In this document: positions 43,205-53,833 of the stretch, in pieces
Numbering within the stretch: the stretch's first letter is position 1
Layout of the letters: each line of letters opens with the position of its first letter
Origin: an uncultured Prevotella sp.
GTDB taxonomy: Bacteria; Bacteroidota; Bacteroidia; Bacteroidales; Bacteroidaceae
DNA: 64,000 nt
Direction of reading: 5' to 3'
Assembly: GCA_900315955.1 (NCBI GenBank)
Contig: ONBC01000021.1
Span: 6,715-70,714 of the forward strand
The notes under the pieces: generated by a model
Told to the model about the DNA's origin: nothing
Database searches by the model: none
The model's input: the letters and a program-made list of their open reading frames with translations, nothing else
Position numbers and translations under genes: made by a program

Positions 43205-44608
43205 ATGTTCAAGAAAGAAACTTACATCGAACGCCGCGCAGAGCTTAAGAAGCTCGTTGGCAATGGCGTAATTCTGCTTTTTGGTAACAACGGATCACCT
43301 GCCAACTTTCCCAACAACACATATTATCCTTTCCGTCAGGATTCTTCTTTCCTCTATTATTTCGGTCAGCAGCGCGACGGTCTCGTAGGTGTGATTGATA
43401 TTGACAACGACATCGAGACCCTCGTCGGCGACGATATCGACATTGACGATATCGTGTGGTATGGTTCTGTGGACAGTGTTCACGATATGGCAGAACAGGT
43501 CGGAGTGAGCAATTCTGCTCCTATGAAGAGCCTTAAGACTATCTGCAACGATGCTATGCGCCTGCACCGTAAGATCCATTTCCTTCCGCCTTATCGTGCC
43601 GACATCAAGATTCAGATTTTCGACCTCTTAGGCATTCATCCTAACCAACAGAAGGAGAGCGCTTCGATGGACCTCATCAAGGCAGTCGTGAAGATGCGTT
43701 CTACAAAGTCACAGGAAGAGATTGAAGAGCTTGAGCGTGCCGCTGTGATCGGCTATAAGATGCACACCACGGCTATGCGTATGTGCCGGCCGGGCGTGGT
43801 AGAGCAGGAGATTGCCGGTACGCTTGATGGCATTGCCAATGCTTATGGCTCAATGGTAAGTTTCCCGACCATTCTCTCACAGCACGGTGAGATCATGCAC
43901 GGGGCTCCCTCCCGAAATAAGTTGGAAGCAGGCCGTCTGATGCTCTGCGATGCCGGTGCTGAGACGGTGAACCACTATTGCTCCGACAACACACGTACTA
44001 CTCCTGTCAGTGGACATTTCGACCAGCGACAGTTGGAGATCTACTCTATCGTCGAGGCTGCTCACGACTATGCGCTCTCTGTGGCCAAGCCCGGCGTAAA
44101 ATGGTGGGATGTCCACTTCGGTGTTTGTCGTCTGATCACTGATCGTCTCAAGGAACTCGGACTGATGAAAGGTGATACCGAAGATGCCGTGGCCGCTGGC
44201 GCGCATGCTATGTTCCTCGTTCATGGCCTTGGCCACATGATGGGTATGGATGTGCATGATATGGAGTCGTTTGATCAGATCAACGTAGGCTTCGACGATG
44301 AGGTGCGCCCTAACCTTGAGCAGTTTGGTACCAACTGTCTGCGTATGGGTCGCCGCCTTCAGGAAGGCTTCGTAGTCACCGACGAACCGGGTATCTACTT
44401 CATTCCTGATCTCATTGACGACTGGAAGGCTTCCGGTCACTGCAAGGACTTTATCAACTTCGACAAGCTCGAGACCTATAAAGACTTTGGTGGCATCCGC
44501 ATTGAAGATGACCTCCTCATTACCAAGGACGGTTGCCGCTTTATTGGCAAAGACCGCATTCCTTATCATCCGAAGGATGTCGAGGAATTCATTGCAAAGA
44601 ACAGATAA
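43205..44608 (+). CDS. pepP: Xaa-Pro aminopeptidase (M24B)
   Basis: The ATG at 43205 gives MFKKETYIERRAEL. HGLGHMMGMDVHD and the other M24 metal ligands are present. Confidence 0.8.
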   Translation: MFKKETYIERRAELKKLVGNGVILLFGNNGSPANFPNNTYYPFRQDSSFLYYFGQQRDGLVGVIDIDNDIETLVGDDIDIDDIVWYGSVDSVHDMAEQVGVSNSAPMKSLKTICNDAMRLHRKIHFLPPYRADIKIQIFDLLGIHPNQQKESASMDLIKAVVKMRSTKSQEEIEELERAAVIGYKMHTTAMRMCRPGVVEQEIAGTLDGIANAYGSMVSFPTILSQHGEIMHGAPSRNKLEAGRLMLCDAGAETVNHYCSDNTRTTPVSGHFDQRQLEIYSIVEAAHDYALSVAKPGVKWWDVHFGVCRLITDRLKELGLMKGDTEDAVAAGAHAMFLVHGLGHMMGMDVHDMESFDQINVGFDDEVRPNLEQFGTNCLRMGRRLQEGFVVTDEPGIYFIPDLIDDWKASGHCKDFINFDKLETYKDFGGIRIEDDLLITKDGCRFIGKDRIPYHPKDVEEFIAKNR

Positions 44609-44633
44609 ACAGATATACAGGCAAACCGATAAA

Positions 44634-44670
44634 AAACGCCGTCCTTCAAAATGATTGAAGGACGGCGTTT
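44634..44670. terminator. Intrinsic terminator after pepP
   Basis: aaacgccgtccttcaa / ttgaaggacggcgttt form a 16-bp stem with a 5-nt loop, followed by a T-rich run. Confidence 0.85.
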
Positions 44671-44684
44671 CTTGTTGTTCTGTG

Positions 44685-44704
44685 CGTCGCCCTTTAGGGC
44701 GACG
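44685..44704. terminator. GC hairpin at the 3' end of the acyl-CoA synthetase gene (cgtcgccc-ttta-gggcgacg)
   Basis: 8-bp stem and 4-nt loop. Shares the 14-mer CGCCCTAAAGGGCG (reverse complement) with the hairpin at 19742-19755. Confidence 0.4.
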
Positions 44705-44709
44705 TTTCC

Positions 44710-46377
44710 TTATTTGGTGTACAGGAACCGCTTGATCGACCGCTTTGGCGTCTTCTCAAACTCTTCCTCGTGGATTCTGATCTCCGACAGACGGCAATAG
44801 GCCGGCTGTTCAGCATTGAGCGTCTTGCGGTTCTGCTCCATGATTTCCTTGATATCACTGTCGTTCAGTCCCATGCTCTTAGCTGCATCATAATCGGGGT
44901 GCACCAGCCCGATGAGCTTGTCACCTTCCTGAATGACGACGCTCTCGTTGACCAGCGTCAGGGAGTTGAGCTTATCCTCAATCTCCTCGGGATAGATATT
45001 CTGACCGTTGGAGCCGAGCAACATGTTCTTAGAGCGGCCCTTAATGAAGATATTGCCATCAGCATCCATCAGACCGAGGTCTCCCGTATGGAACCATCCG
45101 TTCTCATCGATAGCTGCCTTTGTAGCCTCCTCATTCTTGTAATAGCCAAGCATGACGTTCGGTCCTTTGCAGAGGATCTCACCGGGTACATGAGCGGGAT
45201 CTGGACTGTCTATCTCTACTTGCATGTGCAAGGCAGCCTTGCCACAAGACCCCGGCACGAAACGTGACCAGTCCTCGTAACCAATGATCGGTGCACACTC
45301 TGTGGCACCATAGCCTACCGTATAACGGAATCCTATGCGATGAAGGAACTGCTCTACCTCCTGAGAGAAGGCGGCACCCCCGACAATGACTTCATAGAAG
45401 TTGCCTCCGAAAGCATTCGTCACTTGCTCATTGATGCGCTCATAGATCTTCTTGTTGATGCCCGGCATCTTCATCAGCAGGCGCATACGAGGATCCTGCA
45501 GCTTCGGGAACACCTTCTTGCGGATGATCTTCTCGATAATCAGCGGCACGGAGATGATAATGCGCGGCTTCACGTCGGCGAAAGCGGCAGCAATAATAGC
45601 AGGGGAGGGGATGCGCGTCAGATAATAGATATGGCAGCCTTTGAGGAATTCGAAAATAAACTCGAAGGACATGCCGTACATGTGTGCCATTGGCAAGATG
45701 CTGATGACATTGTCACCTGCTCTCAAAACGTCTTTGCCGATGACGCTCTCAGCAAAGTCGGCATTGCTCCACAGCGCTCGATAAGGGATCATCACACCCT
45801 TTGAGAAGCCTGTCGTACCGCTGGTATAGTTGATGAGAGCCAACTCGTCGGGACTTTGCTCAATATAATAATGAACATGCTCCTTACGAAAATATTTCGG
45901 GTACTTGTGACCGAACATCTCGTTGAGGTGCTCACGGGCATACGTCAGTTTGTCGGTACGCGAGAAAACAAGCGAATAGTCGGGGATATAGATGATACCC
46001 TCCAGCTCCGGCATCTTCTCCGGGTCGATCTGAGTGGCCACCACATCTCCTACGAAAAGCAACTTGGCATCCGAATGGTTGACGATGTTGTGAATCTGTT
46101 CTGGGGTGAATTCATGGAGGATAGGCACTGCTATGGCACCATAAGTCAGCACGGCTAAGAAAGCGGCTGCCCATGCTGCGCTGTTACGGCCACAAAGCGC
46201 AACCTTGTCTCCTTTTTGCACACCGGAACTCTCAAACATGATGTGCAGCTTCTCTATCTTTCTTGCCACATCATGATACTGCAACGTAGCACCCTTATAA
46301 TCGGTCAGCGCATCGCGCTCCCAATTCTTGATGATGCTGTTTTGGATTAGCTGATTGAAACTTGGAATCTTCTCCAT
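44710..46377 (-). CDS. AMP-dependent synthetase / long-chain-fatty-acid--CoA ligase
   Basis: YTSGTTGFSKGVM AMP-binding motif. 555 aa. Confidence 0.8.
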   Translation of the reverse strand: MEKIPSFNQLIQNSIIKNWERDALTDYKGATLQYHDVARKIEKLHIMFESSGVQKGDKVALCGRNSAAWAAAFLAVLTYGAIAVPILHEFTPEQIHNIVNHSDAKLLFVGDVVATQIDPEKMPELEGIIYIPDYSLVFSRTDKLTYAREHLNEMFGHKYPKYFRKEHVHYYIEQSPDELALINYTSGTTGFSKGVMIPYRALWSNADFAESVIGKDVLRAGDNVISILPMAHMYGMSFEFIFEFLKGCHIYYLTRIPSPAIIAAAFADVKPRIIISVPLIIEKIIRKKVFPKLQDPRMRLLMKMPGINKKIYERINEQVTNAFGGNFYEVIVGGAAFSQEVEQFLHRIGFRYTVGYGATECAPIIGYEDWSRFVPGSCGKAALHMQVEIDSPDPAHVPGEILCKGPNVMLGYYKNEEATKAAIDENGWFHTGDLGLMDADGNIFIKGRSKNMLLGSNGQNIYPEEIEDKLNSLTLVNESVVIQEGDKLIGLVHPDYDAAKSMGLNDSDIKEIMEQNRKTLNAEQPAYCRLSEIRIHEEEFEKTPKRSIKRFLYTK

Positions 46378-46424
46378 AGATAAATATCTTCGGTATTAAT
46401 AATACGGTCTATTTATAAAAACGA

Positions 46425-48095
46425 TTAATCGTTCACTTTTTCGGCATAGAGATAGCGCTTAATCGATTTTTTGGGAGTTTTTTCAAACTCGGTGTCGTGA
46501 AGCTGGATCTCACTGATTTTACAGAAAGAAGGCAGTTGCTTGTTAAGCTCCAGCCTGTTTTGCTCCATGATAGAACTGAGGTCGTTCTCCGTGAATCCAA
46601 GCTGCTGGGCTGCTTCAAAATCAGGATGAACCAATCCGACGAGCTTGTCGCCTCGCTGGACGATAAGACTTTCTCCAACCATTGCCATCGAGTTGAGCTT
46701 GTCTTCAATCTCTTCGGGAAAGACATTCTGACCGTTGGAGCCCAAGAGCATATTCTTGATGCGCCCCACGATAAAGAGATGTCCATCAGGATTCATACGG
46801 CCTAAGTCACCGGTGTGGAACCATCCCTCACTGTCTATTGCCGCGTGTGTAGCCTTCTCATTCTTGTAGTAACCATCCATCACATTGAACCCGCGTGTGA
46901 CCACCTCTCCGGGGATATGCGCAGGATCTTTGCTCAGAACCTTTATCTCCATGTTCTCAGCCACGGTGCCACACGAGCCCGGCACAAAATTGTGCCAGTC
47001 GGAATAAGTAATCATAGGTCCTGTCTCTGTAGTGCCATAGCCAATGGTGATGGGGAATCCAATCTCTACAAGGAACGCCTCTATCTCTTTGCTCAAGCCG
47101 GCACCGCCTACCATCACCTCGTAGGCGTTGCCACCCATCTCCTCTCTGACGAGCTGGCACACGTGCTCACGCACTTTCTTGCCAATACCGGGCATGTGCA
47201 TCATCAGGCGCAGACGTGTATGAAGCTGCGGAAGGATTTTTTTGCGGATGATCTTCTCAATGATAAGAGGTACGGAAACAACTATGCATGGATGAATGTC
47301 GGCCATAGCTGCCTGAATAACTGTAGGGCTCGGCAGACGAGTAAGGAAGAAAAGGTGGTGCCCCAAGCAGAACTGCAGCAAGAACTCACAGCTCAAGCCA
47401 TACATGTGCGCCATGGGGAGGATGCACAATGCATTAGCGTCTTTGGGAAGTTTGCTGCCTATTGCATGCTTCAAGTAAGCAATATTACTCCACATCACAC
47501 GGTAAGAGAGCATGACACCTTTTGAGAAGCCCGTCGTGCCACTCGTGTAATTGATCATCGCAAGGTCATCCGACTGATCTATAAAGTAGTGGACATGCTC
47601 CTTCCGGAAGAACTTAGGATATTTCTTGCCAAACTCCTCATTGAGATGCTCACGGGCATAGGTGATTTTCTCCGATCGGCTCAGCACGATGGAAAAGTCG
47701 GGAATATAGATAATACCCTCCAAGTGAGACATCCGCTCATAATCGAGCTGTGTCGCTACTACGTCGCCTACAAAGAGCAGGCGGGCATCGGAGTGATTCA
47801 CCACATTATATATCTGGTCAGGAGTGAATTCATGCTGAATAGGAACAGCTACGGCACCGTAGGTGAGCGTTGCTAAAAAAGCACAAGCCCACATAGAACT
47901 GTTGCGCCCACAAAGAGCCACTTTGTCTCCTTTTTCAAGGCCGATACTTTCAAACATGATGTGGAGCTTTTCGATCTTTCTCGCTACGTCATGATACTGA
48001 AGGGTGGCTCCCTTATAGTCGGTCAGCGCATCCTTATACCAGTTGTTGATGATCGTATCTTCAAGCAGCTTATTGAAACTTGGAGTGTTTTCCAT
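46425..48095 (-). CDS. AMP-dependent synthetase / long-chain-fatty-acid--CoA ligase (tandem paralog)
   Basis: The ATG at 48095 (MENTPSFNKLL...) aligns with the paralog N-terminus MEKIPSFNQLI. Same YTSGTTGFSKGVM motif. Confidence 0.8.
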   Translation of the reverse strand: MENTPSFNKLLEDTIINNWYKDALTDYKGATLQYHDVARKIEKLHIMFESIGLEKGDKVALCGRNSSMWACAFLATLTYGAVAVPIQHEFTPDQIYNVVNHSDARLLFVGDVVATQLDYERMSHLEGIIYIPDFSIVLSRSEKITYAREHLNEEFGKKYPKFFRKEHVHYFIDQSDDLAMINYTSGTTGFSKGVMLSYRVMWSNIAYLKHAIGSKLPKDANALCILPMAHMYGLSCEFLLQFCLGHHLFFLTRLPSPTVIQAAMADIHPCIVVSVPLIIEKIIRKKILPQLHTRLRLMMHMPGIGKKVREHVCQLVREEMGGNAYEVMVGGAGLSKEIEAFLVEIGFPITIGYGTTETGPMITYSDWHNFVPGSCGTVAENMEIKVLSKDPAHIPGEVVTRGFNVMDGYYKNEKATHAAIDSEGWFHTGDLGRMNPDGHLFIVGRIKNMLLGSNGQNVFPEEIEDKLNSMAMVGESLIVQRGDKLVGLVHPDFEAAQQLGFTENDLSSIMEQNRLELNKQLPSFCKISEIQLHDTEFEKTPKKSIKRYLYAEKVND

Positions 48096-48118
48096 TGCAC
48101 AAAATTCGTATTTTCGTG

Positions 48119-48126
48119 CAAAGGTA
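48119..48126 (-). promoter_or_regulatory. -7 promoter box (TACCTTTG on minus strand) for the acyl-CoA synthetase pair
   Basis: The reverse complement of CAAAGGTA matches TAnnTTTG, 24 nt upstream of the ATG at 48095. Confidence 0.5.
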
Positions 48127-48416
48127 ATATCAATACTGCACATTCGCAAAAAAAATGTGCATTATTTTCGGTTTAGACGTGTTTTTTATTACACAATTCG
48201 TTTATTAGACCATTTTATAGTATCAATCGCCCATGAACCAATTGATTCATGTTTTATTCCAGGAAGTGAGAGTGATATAATCTGTAGACACTTTCCTCAA
48301 TGATAAAAACAATTTACAAAAAGTAAAAAGTCAGGACAATGGAAGTTGCATGAAATAGAAACGGAAAAGGAGAAAAATGGATGAAAAAGAAGTCTCAGAA
48401 AGTCATCACTGCATCC

Positions 48417-48441
48417 GAGAACATCGCTAATGTTCTCTTTT
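48417..48441 (+). terminator. Intrinsic terminator-like hairpin in an intergenic region
   Basis: gagaacat-cgcta-atgttctc followed by TTTT. It overlaps the stop of a 17-codon ORF (48377-48430). Confidence 0.5.
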
Positions 48442-48524
48442 AAGTTGAAAGAAGCCTGCATTTAAGTTGAATGAAGGTGCCATTTAAGTTGAATGAAGAC
48501 TTCATTTAAGTTGAATGAAGACGG
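48437..48524. repeat. 22-bp tandem repeat x4 (CATTTAAGTTGAATGAAGNNNN)
   Basis: TAAGTTGA recurs at 48441, 48463, 48485 and 48507, an exact 22-bp period. The last copy pairs with ttcaactta at 48527-48535. Confidence 0.9.
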
Positions 48525-48710
48525 CTTTCAACTTAGATGAAGACTATTTCGGAATGACAGAGAAGACTCCGAAAACGGAAGTTTATACAAATCCTTATTT
48601 ATCAACATATTACGAACTTCGCTTGAGAATCGCTTCCTTTCGGCCAATCGTCTCCTTGTCTGAAAAGAATCGATTCTCAGAGGGGGTTGGAAGTAATAAA
48701 AGTTTATAAA

Positions 48711-49976
48711 TCACATGCTATAGGAGAATCCTATGGAGAAGTACTCACGTAGCATCCAATAGCCGAGTTTGTCGTCTCGCTTACGTCCGTCATCAAAGCG
48801 TGGATAAAGGGAAATCTTTGTCGCGAGATAACGGTTAAACTGGAACGAGAACGTGTTTTCCCATTCTGCTTCCGTGCGTTTGTAGGTGGTATAACCGTAG
48901 AGACGTGTCTTCCAAGAAATGTTATCGGCAAAGTTCCAAGTGAGGTCTATGGTTGTTTGCGAACCGAAATCGTTCAAAGAATGATGTCCGGCATCAATGC
49001 CATTGTTCGGGGCGAGGCTTAACCGCCCTACATATTTAAAGTTATAAGCGAACGGTGCAAGGTGCACACTTCCCTTGAGCCGTCCCTTGAGCCAGTTGAC
49101 CGAATAATCCATACCGACAGAAACATTGACGTTGAGCGGAGAGAAAAGATCCGATTGAACATAATTGCTGTTGGTGCTATAGTGACGTGCCCATTGCGTC
49201 TGAGCGATAAGCTGGAAAGTATAATACCATCGGTTGGCGGCTTGCAGACCAAGCTTCCCGGTGTAGCGCAACATGTCTTCCGTAGGTTTGACACTGTGGA
49301 TAGAGTCGCTCTTGGAGGTCTGCATGCCAAACTTCATTTCGAGCTTGTTGTCCCATTTCACCTTCTGCTTGTTGTTGTAGTTGGCTGTAAGCGTCACCGA
49401 GCCCATCATGGAGTAGTTGCTTTCTCCTCCTTGATACCAGTTGTCTGAGAGATAGTTCTGCAAGAACTGAAGGTAATAATCTCCCCCAAACGACCAGAAG
49501 TTAGGCTTGAAGACAATGAGGTCAACAGGCTGGTGTTCAGGCTCTTTCGGTAGCTCTTTTTCAATAACTTCCGTCGGACTTTCTCTCACGGTCTTCGGGC
49601 GGATGACGGGGCCGGTAGTCTCTAACCGCCGTTGCGTGTTCTCTACCCATTCGGGGTGGGAGAGATAGAACGAGAGAAGCGTGCTGTCGGTAACACTCAG
49701 CTTCTTGTCGAGAGAAAAAGCATGATCGGTCACGCCTTCATAGAAAGTGAAAGGCAAAAAATATGGAGCCGTGTCGATAGGCTTGATGGTCTCCGCATGT
49801 ACAGAGTCACGGTAAAGAGAGTCGCGGAAGAGAAGCAGAGAGTCGGTATATCTCCGGACCATCTTCATGTCTGAACTGTTGGACAATCCGCGCAAACGAC
49901 GCTGGGGAGCAGCCGACATAGAAAGAGGAATGAACAGCAGCGCTGCGATAGCTATGTAGAACTTATGAAATGTCAT
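48711..49976 (-). CDS. Outer-membrane beta-barrel protein, DUF3078-like
   Basis: The ATG at 49976 gives MTFHKFYIAIAALLFIPLSMSAA (signal peptide). DNWYQGGESNY motif. Beta-rich sequence ending ...GFSYSM. Confidence 0.55.
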   Translation of the reverse strand: MTFHKFYIAIAALLFIPLSMSAAPQRRLRGLSNSSDMKMVRRYTDSLLLFRDSLYRDSVHAETIKPIDTAPYFLPFTFYEGVTDHAFSLDKKLSVTDSTLLSFYLSHPEWVENTQRRLETTGPVIRPKTVRESPTEVIEKELPKEPEHQPVDLIVFKPNFWSFGGDYYLQFLQNYLSDNWYQGGESNYSMMGSVTLTANYNNKQKVKWDNKLEMKFGMQTSKSDSIHSVKPTEDMLRYTGKLGLQAANRWYYTFQLIAQTQWARHYSTNSNYVQSDLFSPLNVNVSVGMDYSVNWLKGRLKGSVHLAPFAYNFKYVGRLSLAPNNGIDAGHHSLNDFGSQTTIDLTWNFADNISWKTRLYGYTTYKRTEAEWENTFSFQFNRYLATKISLYPRFDDGRKRDDKLGYWMLREYFSIGFSYSM

Positions 49977-50004
49977 GTTAACCAAGATGATATATTTTCA
50001 GTTG

Positions 50005-50012
50005 CAAAGGTA
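50005..50012 (-). promoter_or_regulatory. -7 promoter box (TACCTTTG on minus strand) for the DUF3078-like gene
   Basis: The reverse complement of CAAAGGTA matches TAnnTTTG, 29 nt upstream of the ATG at 49976. Confidence 0.5.
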
Positions 50013-50080
50013 ACAATATTGAAAGACAAATCAAAAAGAAAATAGTAAAATGATTTGTTGCGTATCTCACAAAATAGCAG

Positions 50081-50088
50081 TATCTTTG
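50081..50088 (+). promoter_or_regulatory. -7 promoter box TATCTTTG for pyrG-yidC
   Basis: Exact TAnnTTTG match 39 nt upstream of the GTG at 50127. Confidence 0.5.
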
Positions 50089-50114
50089 CAACAAAATTTA
50101 GTTATTCATATTAA

Positions 50115-51734
<1,620 letters not shown>

Positions 51735-53678
51735 ATGGACAAGAATTCAATCATAGGCTTTGTACTCATTGCCGCGGTGCTCATAGGCTTCAGTATCTAC
51801 TCACAGCCATCCAAAGAAGAGCAGCGTGCAGCGTTTGTCAAAGACTCTATTGCACAGGCTAACCGCGCCAAAGCTGAGAAGGCTGCCAAGATCGCGGCAT
51901 TCAAGCGTCAGCAGGAAGTGAAGCAGAAAGTTGCTAACGACACGACAGCTCTCTTCCACAAGGCGCTTATCGGAAAAGCCCGGAACATCGTTCTCAGCAA
52001 CAACAAAGTAGCGCTGACGCTCTCTACCAAGGGCGCTACCGTCGTGAAGGCGTATCTGAAGAATCAAAAAGGCTCGCGACAGTTCATCGGCCACAACATG
52101 ACGGATATGTCCGGCAAGCATGATGACCTCAGCGGTGTGACGCTCTTTGAAGGGCACCGTCAGTCGCTCGACTATACGCTCATCGCGAAAGAGATGAATA
52201 TCAGCACGTCGGATCTTTACTTCACGCCGTCTGCCGTTACCGACTCAACGGTAACGATGACGGCAGATGCAGGACAGGGTAAAAAGCTCATTCTCAACTA
52301 TCGTTTAGGAAAAGACTATATGCTTCACCTCAGTCTGCAGGCTGAAGGCATGGCCGGACTCTTCGATCCGAACACAGCGCGTGTGAACATCGACTGGCAC
52401 GAGACCGTGCGCCAGCAGGAGCGCGGATTCAACTTTGAGAACCGCTACGCGCGACTCGACTGGAAGAACTCAGAAGGCGGCACCGACTATCTCAGTGAGG
52501 CTTCGTCAAAGCAGGAAACAGCGGAAGAGCCGATGGACTGGGTGGCTTTCAAGAATCAGTTCTTCTCCGCTGTCATCATCGCCAAGGACGGTTTCGACAA
52601 AGGAGCAAACCTTGAGAGCACGGTATATAATAAGGAGTCGCAGGACAACTGGAAGGTGCGTTATCTCAAGGATTTCAAGGCTAACCTGAAGACTGCTTTC
52701 GATCCGTCGGGCAGGAAGGCTACAGAGCTCGAGTTCTATTACGGACCAAACGACTTCTATACACTGAAGAAGGTAGAGAAGGAGAGCACATTCGGCAAGG
52801 ATCTTGACATGGAGAAGCTTGTCTACCTCGGCTGGCCGCTCTTCCGCATCATCAACCGTTGGTTCACGATGCCCGTCTTCACTTGGCTCACCTCGTGGGG
52901 TTTCAACATGGGTATCGTCTTGATCCTCATCACCTTGTTGCTCAAGGCTATCACCTATCCGATGGTCAAGAAGAGCTATATGTCATCGGCTAAGATGCGT
53001 GTGCTCAAACCGAAGCTCGACGAAGCTACGAAGCAGTACGACAAACCTGAGGATGCCATGCAAAAGCAGCAGGCTATGATGGCTGAGTATAGCAAATACG
53101 GCGTGTCGCCACTCTCCGGCTGTCTGCCGATGCTCATCCAGATGCCTATCTGGATCGCCATGTTCAACTTCGTGCCTAACGCCATCCAGCTCCGCGGTGA
53201 GAGTTTCCTCTGGATTCACGACCTTTCCACCTATGACCCGATCATCGAGTGGGGCAGAACCTTGCCGATCATCGGCGACCACTTGTCGCTGACCTGTGTT
53301 CTCTTTGTTGGTGCGCAGCTTATCTACTCATGGTTCACGATGCAGTTGCAGAAAGACCAGATGGTAGGTCAGCAGGCTGAACAGATGAAGATGATGCAGT
53401 GGATGATGTATCTCATGCCGCTGATGTTCTTCTTTATCTTCAACGACTATTCAGCAGGTCTGAACTTCTACTATTTCATCTCACTGTTCTTCTCGGCCGG
53501 CATCATGTTTGTGCTTCGCAAGACGACAAACGATGAGAAGCTGTTGGCTATCTTGGAGCGCCGCTATAAGGAGAACCAGGCCAACCCGAAGAAGATGAGT
53601 GGCCTCGCTGCCCGCATGCAGGCTCTGCAGCAGATGCAGCAGGAACAGATGAAGCAACAGCAGAACCGTAGAAAATAA
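51735..53678 (+). CDS. yidC: Membrane protein insertase YidC (long Bacteroidetes form)
   Basis: N-terminal TM, large periplasmic domain and the conserved PLSGCLPMLIQMPIWIAMF core. Starts immediately after the pyrG stop. Confidence 0.9.
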   Translation: MDKNSIIGFVLIAAVLIGFSIYSQPSKEEQRAAFVKDSIAQANRAKAEKAAKIAAFKRQQEVKQKVANDTTALFHKALIGKARNIVLSNNKVALTLSTKGATVVKAYLKNQKGSRQFIGHNMTDMSGKHDDLSGVTLFEGHRQSLDYTLIAKEMNISTSDLYFTPSAVTDSTVTMTADAGQGKKLILNYRLGKDYMLHLSLQAEGMAGLFDPNTARVNIDWHETVRQQERGFNFENRYARLDWKNSEGGTDYLSEASSKQETAEEPMDWVAFKNQFFSAVIIAKDGFDKGANLESTVYNKESQDNWKVRYLKDFKANLKTAFDPSGRKATELEFYYGPNDFYTLKKVEKESTFGKDLDMEKLVYLGWPLFRIINRWFTMPVFTWLTSWGFNMGIVLILITLLLKAITYPMVKKSYMSSAKMRVLKPKLDEATKQYDKPEDAMQKQQAMMAEYSKYGVSPLSGCLPMLIQMPIWIAMFNFVPNAIQLRGESFLWIHDLSTYDPIIEWGRTLPIIGDHLSLTCVLFVGAQLIYSWFTMQLQKDQMVGQQAEQMKMMQWMMYLMPLMFFFIFNDYSAGLNFYYFISLFFSAGIMFVLRKTTNDEKLLAILERRYKENQANPKKMSGLAARMQALQQMQQEQMKQQQNRRK

Positions 53679-53687
53679 ATATTCATC

Positions 53688-53806
53688 GAGAAGTTCGGAA
53701 GTCCGGAAGTCCGGTCAAATGCCTGTGCATTATGGACATGGTAATGACTGTCTTCAGGACTTCTGAACTTCAAAGATCCGAACTTCAAAGATCCGAACTT
53801 CAGAAC
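53688..53806. repeat. Imperfect inverted repeat plus 15-bp direct repeats built from GAAGTTCGGA/GGAAGTCC words (terminator-like)
   Basis: gaagttcggaagtcc (53690-53704) pairs with ggacttctgaacttc (53757-53771), with one G-U. gaacttcaaagatcc occurs twice at 53765-53794. Confidence 0.8.
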
Positions 53807-53833
53807 TACCAGGTCATAAACCACTACAAAATT

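Noticed and set aside
48515-48709. A 64-aa ORF (MKTAFNLDEDYFGMTEK...) in the intergenic region.
   Set aside because: It starts inside the 22-bp repeat array, has no promoter box or recognisable features, and converges on the DUF3078-like gene end.
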